From an uncultured Mycoplasmatota bacterium (GTDB lineage: Bacteria; Bacillota_I; Bacilli_A; RF39; UBA660): a stretch of DNA of 64,000 nucleotides. The stretch spans positions 554-64,553 of the forward strand of contig CAMSCJ010000009.1 of the NCBI GenBank assembly GCA_947056845.1. The letters are read 5' to 3'. Positions 57,236 to 64,000 of this stretch are shown piece by piece. Numbering within the stretch: the stretch's first letter is position 1; every line of letters starts with the position of its first letter. The notes beneath the pieces are model-generated. The model did no database searches, had not been told where the DNA came from, and saw nothing but the letters and a program-made list of their open reading frames with translations. The position numbers were made by a program, and so were the translations under genes.

Positions 57236-59437
57236 ATGCCTAATTTTATTAAAGGAAATTATAAAAGGACTATTTTTTCAACTGAAAAAGGATATGTTGT
57301 CGGCCTTTTTAAAATTAAAGAAACTAATGATGCTTTGATGGAAGACTTTGTTGGAAAAACAATTACTTTTACGGGTTTTTTTGAACAGTTAAATGAAAAT
57401 GAATTGTATGCCTTTTATGGAGAGGTAGTAGAACATCCTAAGTATGGGATACAGTATCAGGTTAAAGAGTATGAGAGATTAAAGCCAGAAGATAAAGACG
57501 GAATTGTCGCGTTTTTGTCTAGTGATTTATTCCCTGGTATTGGTGTTAAAATGGCTGATAAAATTGTTGAAAAACTTGGTGAAAATACATTAGAATTAAT
57601 TATTAATGATCCTAAATGTTTATTAACGGTTAAAGGACTTAATTTAAAAAAGAGACAACTTATTTATGAGACTTTAATTCATTATGAAGATAGTCATAAA
57701 ACAATCGTCTATCTAACAGAATTGGGTTTTTCAATGCGTGATAGTTTAGTAATTTATAATAAATATCGAAATAATACAATTATGCAAATCGAAAATGATA
57801 TTTTTAAAATAATAGATGATATTAGTGATATTTCTTTTTTAAAGGTTGATGAGGTAGCTAAAGGTATGAATTTACCGTATGATGATGAAAAAAGAATAAA
57901 AGCGTGTATTTTATATATTATGAACAATTTAACATTTAATAGTGGTGATAGTTATTTTTTATTGGACGAATTGTATGAAGAATTATTTGGCTTTCTTAAA
58001 TTTCCAATAGATATTGATTTGTTAAAAACATATTTATTAGATTTATCATACGATGATAAGATTGTTTTTAAAAATGAAAAATATTATTTAAAAGATATGT
58101 ATGATGCTGAGATTAATATATGTCAAACTTTACGGTTTTTAAATAAAAAAGTTAAAACAAAAAATATAAATGCTAGTATTAAATTGCAAGAATTGGAAAT
58201 ACTAAATAATATAGCTTATGATTTAAAACAAAAAGAGGCAATTATTACTTCTTTAGAAAATAATATTACTATTATTACAGGTGGACCAGGAACTGGTAAA
58301 ACAACAATTGTTAAAGCTATTGTTGACTTATATCAAATGCTTAATAATTATGATAATAGTAAAATGCTTGAAAATGTTACGTTATTAGCTCCAACTGGTC
58401 GGGCTAGCAAAAGACTTGGTGAGGCAACACATTTTCCGGCTATGACTATTCATCGCTTTTTAAAATGGAATAAAGATAATAATTCTTTTGGAATTAATGA
58501 ATATAATAAGGATTATAGCAAGTTAATTATTGTTGATGAAGTCAGTATGTTAGATATTAATATATTCAATAGCTTGTTAAAAGGTTTAACTACTGATATT
58601 AAATTAATTTTAGTAGGTGATTATAATCAATTGCCTAGTGTTGGTCCAGGGCAGGTTTTGAAGGATTTAATAATTAGTAATGTTTTTCCAACTATTTATT
58701 TAGAATTATTATATCGTCAAAAGGAAAATTCTTATATAAATTCCCTCGCTTATGAGATAAGAGAAAATTGCTTAAGTAATTTTTTGGAAACAAAAGATGA
58801 TTATACTTTTTTAAATTGTTCTAGTGGTAGTATTAAGAGAAATTTGCGCAATTTATGTGAACAAATCTTAAGTAAGGGCATTGATCATCAAGAATTTCAA
58901 GTTATGGCCCCTATGTATTATGGGGAGGTAGGCATTGATAGTTTAAATATAGAATTACAAGCTATTTTTAATCCACCAAATATTTCTAAAAAAGAAATTA
59001 AAATCGGTAATATTATTTATAGAGAAAATGATAAAGTTTTAGAATTGACTAATATGCCTGATGAAAATATATATAATGGTGATATTGGTTTTATAAAAAA
59101 AATTATTGATGAACATGAAAGCGAAAGCAAAAAAACGGAAATTTATGTTGATTTTTATGGCAATATAGTAAAGCTTTTTCCTAAGGATTTTGGTCAAATC
59201 CGTCATGGTTATGTTATAAGTATTCATAAATCACAAGGTAGTGAGTTTCCTATTACCGTTGTTATTTTAAGTAATTTTTATAAAAGGATGTTATACCGAA
59301 AACTTATTTATACAGCAGTAACTAGAGCTAAGCGAAAACTAATTTTAATTGGTGAGGAGGAAGCTTTTAAATATGCTGTTTCAAATAATAATGAGTATAT
59401 ACGAAAAACGACATTATTAGAACATTTAGTTGAATAA
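57236..59437 (+). CDS. recD2: ATP-dependent RecD-like DNA helicase RecD2
   Basis: Walker A GGPGTGKTT, helicase motifs (VDEVSM, SVGPGQVL, SIHKSQGSE) and an N-terminal OB-like domain. The ATG at 57236 follows AAGGGTGA. Confidence 0.9.
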   Translation: MPNFIKGNYKRTIFSTEKGYVVGLFKIKETNDALMEDFVGKTITFTGFFEQLNENELYAFYGEVVEHPKYGIQYQVKEYERLKPEDKDGIVAFLSSDLFPGIGVKMADKIVEKLGENTLELIINDPKCLLTVKGLNLKKRQLIYETLIHYEDSHKTIVYLTELGFSMRDSLVIYNKYRNNTIMQIENDIFKIIDDISDISFLKVDEVAKGMNLPYDDEKRIKACILYIMNNLTFNSGDSYFLLDELYEELFGFLKFPIDIDLLKTYLLDLSYDDKIVFKNEKYYLKDMYDAEINICQTLRFLNKKVKTKNINASIKLQELEILNNIAYDLKQKEAIITSLENNITIITGGPGTGKTTIVKAIVDLYQMLNNYDNSKMLENVTLLAPTGRASKRLGEATHFPAMTIHRFLKWNKDNNSFGINEYNKDYSKLIIVDEVSMLDINIFNSLLKGLTTDIKLILVGDYNQLPSVGPGQVLKDLIISNVFPTIYLELLYRQKENSYINSLAYEIRENCLSNFLETKDDYTFLNCSSGSIKRNLRNLCEQILSKGIDHQEFQVMAPMYYGEVGIDSLNIELQAIFNPPNISKKEIKIGNIIYRENDKVLELTNMPDENIYNGDIGFIKKIIDEHESESKKTEIYVDFYGNIVKLFPKDFGQIRHGYVISIHKSQGSEFPITVVILSNFYKRMLYRKLIYTAVTRAKRKLILIGEEEAFKYAVSNNNEYIRKTTLLEHLVE

Positions 59438-59520
59438 ATATTGATTTTTTGGTGATGATAATAGTGTATATATGATAATATATATACGATATCATATTGG
59501 ATTAGCTGTGAGGTGATAGT

Positions 59521-59673
59521 ATGAAATTAGGAAAAAATGTCGCGCTTATGGCAGTGGGCGCTGGAGCTGTTTTAGCATATCAAAAATATAGTAAGCCAAT
59601 GATGAAAGCAGTTGATAAAACTGCAAAAAAAGCCCTAAAAAAAGCTAATGATAAGCTAGAAGATATGATGTAG
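59521..59673 (+). CDS. Small 50-aa protein (MKLGKNVALMAVGAGAVLAYQKYSKP...) with one TM-like segment
   Basis: GAGGTGA lies 6 nt upstream of the ATG. A strong terminator follows immediately. The ORF is below the track size cut-off. Confidence 0.45.
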   Translation: MKLGKNVALMAVGAGAVLAYQKYSKPMMKAVDKTAKKALKKANDKLEDMM

Positions 59674-59675
59674 AT

Positions 59676-59699
59676 AAAAACCCTTAATGGGTTTTTATT
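59676..59699 (+). terminator. Rho-independent terminator (AAAAACCC-ttaat-GGGTTTTT)
   Basis: GC-containing stem followed by a T-run. Confidence 0.65.
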
Positions 59700-59758
59700 G
59701 TTTGTATTTATTTTTTTTTTGAAATATGGTAAAATAATAATAGAATTGAGGTAATTAT

Positions 59759-60220
59759 ATGAAGGCAAAAAATAAAGGTTTTACGTTAGTTGAATTATTG
59801 GCTGTAATTGTTATTTTAGGACTCATTGCTTTGATTGCTGTTCCAATTGTTTTAAATAATATTAAAAAGACAAAAGAAGATTTGTATAATACACAAATAG
59901 AGCTAATTAAAGCTGGTGCGGTTAGTTATGTAACTGATGCAATCGCACATCCTAGTATGAATCCGACTATTTCTTCTATGGTTACAAGTCATAATCAAGG
60001 AATCATTAAAATTAAGTTAGAAGTGTTAGAAAAAGCTGGCGCCGTTGAGGTTAATGTTATGAATCCTTTTTGTGATGGTGATGATAAATATTTTTCGCCA
60101 GATTTAACTATAATAGAAATACAATATGATGGAAAAGAATTTGATTTTGATGTTTATTATGATGTTAGTTCTGGGGATAAGTATGAGGAACTTAAGAGTA
60201 GTTGCGTGGTCAAAAGGTGA
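59759..60220 (+). CDS. Type IV pilin/pseudopilin (ComGC/PilA-like) with class III signal
   Basis: N-terminal KGFTLVELLAVIVILGLIA prepilin cleavage/methylation motif. Confidence 0.85.
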   Translation: MKAKNKGFTLVELLAVIVILGLIALIAVPIVLNNIKKTKEDLYNTQIELIKAGAVSYVTDAIAHPSMNPTISSMVTSHNQGIIKIKLEVLEKAGAVEVNVMNPFCDGDDKYFSPDLTIIEIQYDGKEFDFDVYYDVSSGDKYEELKSSCVVKR

Positions 60221-60225
60221 GATGG

Positions 60226-60903
60226 ATGATTAATAAAATGAAAATTGTTTTTATTTGTCTATCTAGTATTTTACTGTTATTTATCATTAATGGTAGTTAT
60301 TATTCATTAGAAAAATTTAGGAATACATCTATAAATAATAGCAAACAGCTCGAGAAAATAATTTATTTATTAAATTATGATAAAAGTGAATTTACCTTTG
60401 ATATTATAGAAAATAATTTATATATAAATTATAAAACAGAGCGTGTTAATTATAAAGACTTAGAGAAGAATGCTTCAATTTTATTTTATTTAATAGATGG
60501 TTTGGATAATATTAATTATCAAATAAATAATCAAGATTATTTGTTTAAATATGATAAAATTGCTTTAATTTATGATAATTTCAATAATGTTGATATAGGT
60601 AAAATAAATAAAAGATATAAAAGTAAATATTTTGATGAAATATATTTAGGAAATATTGACGGCAAAACTGATTTATTTGATATATCTGAGGTATGTCTTG
60701 ATAATTATCTTGAATTAGGGTATGATAATGATTATATTTATTATATTACTTGTTCATCATTAGATAGTGTTATTATTATTAATGGGAATAAGGAATATCA
60801 GCTGTTAGAGGCTTTAGAAGATGGTATCATTAATATTAATGATTTAATGGATACTAATTTAAAAATAAGTAAGGAAAAAGTGAAGAATGAAAGTATTAGT
60901 TAG
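60226..60903 (+). CDS. Hypothetical membrane-anchored protein downstream of the pilin gene
   Basis: AAAGGTGA lies 5 nt upstream of the ATG. A hydrophobic helix (IVFICLSSILLLFII) occupies the N-terminus. Overlaps the pilin gene stop. Confidence 0.5.
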   Translation: MINKMKIVFICLSSILLLFIINGSYYSLEKFRNTSINNSKQLEKIIYLLNYDKSEFTFDIIENNLYINYKTERVNYKDLEKNASILFYLIDGLDNINYQINNQDYLFKYDKIALIYDNFNNVDIGKINKRYKSKYFDEIYLGNIDGKTDLFDISEVCLDNYLELGYDNDYIYYITCSSLDSVIIINGNKEYQLLEALEDGIININDLMDTNLKISKEKVKNESIS

Positions 60904-61576
60904 TGATTTTGATAAAACATTTTTTGATGATAATTATTTAAATAATATTGATATTGTGAATAGATTTGTCAAAAACGGCAATATGTTTATTATTGCAACA
61001 GGTAGGAGTTTTGATAGACTAAGTGAAGTAATTAAAGATTCTAATATTATGTATAGTTATTTAATTTGTAATGATGGAATGAATATTTATGATGATACAA
61101 ATAATAATATTTTTTCATGTAGTATTAATAAAGAAACATTGAAATCTGTATATAGATTATTAGAAAGTGAAAAAAATATTATAGAAATATTATTAGAAAG
61201 TAATAAAGATGAGTATTCTAGTCAAATTAATTCAATTGCTGGTAAATTTGTTAATAGGGATGCTGCTAGTGAATTAGTAGAAAAGATAAATGAACAATTT
61301 GATGATGTTTATGCATATTTAAGTGAATATCATGTTAATATTAGAAAAAAAAGTGCATCTAAAGCAACTGCTATAAATTTTTTGATTGATAATTATAATT
61401 TAAATAAAGAGGATATATATACTATTGGTGATGCAGTAAATGATAGTGATATGTGCCGAGAATTTAAAAGTTTTTCATTTGATGATGCTGAACAGTCAGT
61501 TAAAGATGTGAGTGAAAAAATTGTTAGTAGTTTTAAGGAAGCTATTGATAGCTTAAATAAGTTAAATAAAAACTAG
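60887..61576 (+). CDS. HAD-superfamily hydrolase, Cof-like (IIB)
   Basis: Motif I DFDKTF, a motif II Thr (IIATGRS) and motif IV GDAVNDSDM. Confidence 0.7.
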   Translation: MKVLVSDFDKTFFDDNYLNNIDIVNRFVKNGNMFIIATGRSFDRLSEVIKDSNIMYSYLICNDGMNIYDDTNNNIFSCSINKETLKSVYRLLESEKNIIEILLESNKDEYSSQINSIAGKFVNRDAASELVEKINEQFDDVYAYLSEYHVNIRKKSASKATAINFLIDNYNLNKEDIYTIGDAVNDSDMCREFKSFSFDDAEQSVKDVSEKIVSSFKEAIDSLNKLNKN

Positions 61577-61604
61577 GGTTCACATTATAAATCCTAGTTT
61601 TTTA
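61572..61604. terminator. Weak bidirectional hairpin between the convergent HAD and pgsA genes
   Basis: ACTAGG and CCTAGT flank a 15-nt loop, with a T6 run. The hairpin includes both stop codons. Confidence 0.35.
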
Positions 61605-62118
61605 ATAATTTATTAGTTTTAGTCAATCTTTTTATGTAACAAATAATACTGATAATTTGAAGTATTATCGTTATAACTAAAAATATATTCATTATTATAA
61701 TAAATTTATAATTAAAATATGCGATAAAACCTAAAATAACAGTTAAAAAGAGGGACCAAGTTTTGATTTTTCCAATGAAAAGTGATTTTGTTTTTTTTGT
61801 TTTATAGTAAATATATAAATTTATTATAGATATAATTAGTTCAAAACATAGACTAATTAACAAGATTGGGTATTTTATTGATAGAGCAATTAATAGACCA
61901 ATAGCGAAAAATTTATCACTAACCGCATCTAATTTAGCTCCGAATTCACTTTTAACATTAAATTTTCTAGCTATCAGTCCATCAAAATAGTCTGTGATAG
62001 CTGCAAAAATAGCTACGATAATGGTTAAATCAATTCGATTTAGTGTAAAGAAAGTGACAATGAATGGAATACTTATAATGCGAATTGAAGTTAAAATATT
62101 TGGTATATATTTAATCAT
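61594..62118 (-). CDS. pgsA: CDP-diacylglycerol--glycerol-3-phosphate 3-phosphatidyltransferase (CDP-alcohol phosphatidyltransferase family)
   Basis: Motif DGLIARKFN...GAKLDAVSDK (the D-G-x2-A-R...G-x3-D-x3-D signature). Confidence 0.8.
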   Translation of the reverse strand: MIKYIPNILTSIRIISIPFIVTFFTLNRIDLTIIVAIFAAITDYFDGLIARKFNVKSEFGAKLDAVSDKFFAIGLLIALSIKYPILLISLCFELIISIINLYIYYKTKKTKSLFIGKIKTWSLFLTVILGFIAYFNYKFIIIMNIFLVITIILQIISIICYIKRLTKTNKLLKN

Positions 62119-62225
62119 TAACTAACACCCTTTCATGTTAATTTTATATTTTTTATTTATTTTTGTCAATTATTCATATTAATTATTTTATTTCATATAA
62201 TTTAATGTATTAATTATTTAATACA

Positions 62226-62262
62226 GAGGAAACCTGTAGTGTTACAGTTTCCTTTTTTTATA
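62226..62262 (+). terminator. Strong hairpin plus T7 run with no obvious upstream plus-strand gene
   Basis: GGAAACCTGTA-gtgt-TACAGTTTCC followed by TTTTTTT. Confidence 0.5.
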
Positions 62263-62328
62263 TATTGTTTGTTGAATTTTGTCAGTTTTTATGGTATAAT
62301 TTATTAGATTATAATAGGAGGAAATTTT

Positions 62329-64000
62329 ATGAAAAAAATATTAAATTTTATTTTAGTAATTAATATTTTGTTTTGTTATTTATTTCCTGTTAATTTTAAT
62401 GTAAAGGCAGAGGGTGTTGAATATACTGTTTCTGTATTAAATAAAAAAGGTGATATTGAACAATTAGGAAAATATACAGATTATAATGAAGCAAAGAAAA
62501 AAATGAATGAGCATAATTCTACCTCAGATAGTGTAGCTGTTATATATAAAGATGGCAAAGTGATTAACGCTAAATACGCTATGGTCAAGTTTATTCCTGG
62601 TAGTGTTGCTAGATTATACCAAGAACCAACTAAATCTTATAATGATTTTTATACATCGGTTCATACATCTTATGGATTAGATGCTGCTTTTATTGATTAT
62701 GATCCAAATACCAATCGTGTTAAATTGAAGATAAGTGGTTTTACGGGGTGGGTCGATGCAGGTTATTTAAATATAGTTCCAATCGTTCAATTATATTCCA
62801 ATAATTTACGAATTACTGAAAATATTCATGATGCCTTGAATGTTAGAGAAAGTGCTAGTTCAAATGGTAATAAAATTGGGTATGTTGTAGCAGGTCAGAT
62901 ATTTTCTTATACAGAGAAAGTGGTTAGTGATGGTTATACTTGGTATAAGATAAATTATAATGGTTCTTACGGTTGGATTGCTAATGTTGATGCTGGTATT
63001 TCTGAGGATGTTGATGTTGATTTAAAAACATATTATCAAAATTGGGAGGCAACAGGTAATCTATTACATTATTTCGCGTATAATACATCTGGTGTTGAAA
63101 GTTCAACTTTCACAAATTTAGGCCCATCTCCAAGTTTTTTGACGCCATATAAAAATTATTATAGTTTTGATGGTAATTATTTTTATGATGATATTATTAA
63201 AATGTTAGATGATTATAAATCTGATAATTATAGCAAGGCTGTTAATAAAGATAATCCTTTTTATGCTTATTATTTGTATTTACCAAATCGTTCCCAAACA
63301 GCTTATACTGCTGATGATTTAAATTATTTTATTACACAAAAAGGTTATACTTCTAAACCAGACGCATCAGTAAGATATGTTGATGATAATGGCAATTTTA
63401 TTGGTGGAATTAATAGAAATGGAATTTCATTAATGGTAGGCGGGGGAGCAAGTTTTATTGCTAGTCAGGAAACGTATGGAGTTAATGCTTTGCTTACTTT
63501 TTCAGCCGCTATAAATGAGAGTGCAACAGGTACGAGTGCTATTGCGTTTGCGAAAAATAACTTATTTGGACATAGTGCTTATGATAGTTGTCCATTTACT
63601 TGTGCTACTACTTATAAAACTGTTAGTGAAGCTATTTATGAACATGCTAGATTGACTGGAGAAAATTATAATAATCCAAATCATAAATATTATCATGGTA
63701 GTCATTATGGAAATAAGGGTAGTGGTATGAATGTCATGTATGCGACTGATCCTTATTGGGGTGAAAAGGCTGCACAAGCATACTTTTTTACAGATAGCTC
63801 GTATGGTCGAGCTGATTATTTATATAATACTTTAGGAATAAAAATGAAAAGTAATGATATATTTATATATGCTGAACCAAATAGTCAGTCTAAAATAATT
63901 TATAATGTTAATAATGATTATGAAGTAGTTTCTAATATTCCACTAATTGTTTTAGATAAATTTAAAAATAATGATGGTTGGTGGTACAAGGTTTATACAG
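62329..64000 (+). CDS. Secreted peptidoglycan hydrolase: SH3b-like repeats plus GH73 N-acetylglucosaminidase domain (3' end outside window)
   Basis: AGGAGG SD. Signal peptide. SH3b-like segment GYTWYKINYNGSYGWIA. GH73 motifs (LLTFSAAINESATGTS, YATDPYWGEK). No stop codon before the window end. Confidence 0.75.
   Translation, partial: MKKILNFILVINILFCYLFPVNFNVKAEGVEYTVSVLNKKGDIEQLGKYTDYNEAKKKMNEHNSTSDSVAVIYKDGKVINAKYAMVKFIPGSVARLYQEPTKSYNDFYTSVHTSYGLDAAFIDYDPNTNRVKLKISGFTGWVDAGYLNIVPIVQLYSNNLRITENIHDALNVRESASSNGNKIGYVVAGQIFSYTEKVVSDGYTWYKINYNGSYGWIANVDAGISEDVDVDLKTYYQNWEATGNLLHYFAYNTSGVESSTFTNLGPSPSFLTPYKNYYSFDGNYFYDDIIKMLDDYKSDNYSKAVNKDNPFYAYYLYLPNRSQTAYTADDLNYFITQKGYTSKPDASVRYVDDNGNFIGGINRNGISLMVGGGASFIASQETYGVNALLTFSAAINESATGTSAIAFAKNNLFGHSAYDSCPFTCATTYKTVSEAIYEHARLTGENYNNPNHKYYHGSHYGNKGSGMNVMYATDPYWGEKAAQAYFFTDSSYGRADYLYNTLGIKMKSNDIFIYAEPNSQSKIIYNVNNDYEVVSNIPLIVLDKFKNNDGWWYKVYT

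Overview
This 64-kb window comes from a very AT-rich (roughly 27-30% GC by eye) Firmicutes-type chromosome that uses the standard bacterial genetic code. TGA acts as a stop codon (8368-8370 and 45519-45521) and TGG encodes Trp, which argues against a Mollicutes-type code. Shine-Dalgarno sites are strong GGAGG/GGTGA types, and intergenic regions carry sigma-A style promoters and many rho-independent terminators.

Gene content is mostly housekeeping:
- Cell-envelope and division genes: prsA (-), the start of the dcw cluster (mraZ-rsmH-ftsL-PBP2B), a second class-B PBP (SpoVD/FtsI-like), mraY, ftsW, ftsK and pgsA (-).
- Information-processing genes: enolase, dnaG-sigA-trmK, tcdA, rsmE, mtaB, recD2 and a TtcA-like PP-loop ATPase.
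- Transport and signalling: an OmpR-type two-component pair, a MacB/FtsX-type ABC transporter, a heterodimeric ABC exporter pair and an HD-GYP protein (-).
- Type IV pilus or competence pseudopilus parts: a PilC/ComGB-like platform protein, a prepilin peptidase and a pilin.
- A partial GH73 glucosaminidase with SH3b-like repeats runs off the 3' end of the window.

The dcw cluster is interrupted twice by accessory DNA. The first insertion (about 5.6-13.4 kb) carries an MPP phosphoesterase, an atypical tRNA, a zinc-ribbon membrane protein paired with a TPM-domain protein, and a tightly packed operon. That operon is the most novel-looking candidate system here: a polytopic-membrane/BspA-type LRR surface protein split by an in-frame TAA, a 583-aa radical-SAM/SPASM enzyme with a roughly 200-aa C-terminal extension, a translationally coupled 130-aa protein with a poly-Asn tail, and a double zinc-ribbon membrane protein.

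Other points of note:
- A phased array of AGTGG direct repeats (10-bp period) sits in front of mraZ and resembles an MraZ operator.
- A promoter-to-terminator, ORF-free ~180-nt structured RNA candidate lies upstream of tcdA, possibly 6S-like.
- An SPFH/YdjI-like protein is flanked by zinc-ribbon membrane proteins, in a ydjGHI-like arrangement.
- An Rpn-family nuclease/transposase-like gene lacks the expected N-terminus.
- Zinc-ribbon-plus-transmembrane proteins recur at six loci.
- Several SD-initiated ORFs below the track size cut-off are present, including tandem TIGR01732/YjcZ-like tiny membrane proteins.

No CRISPR array, rRNA or intact IS element was seen.
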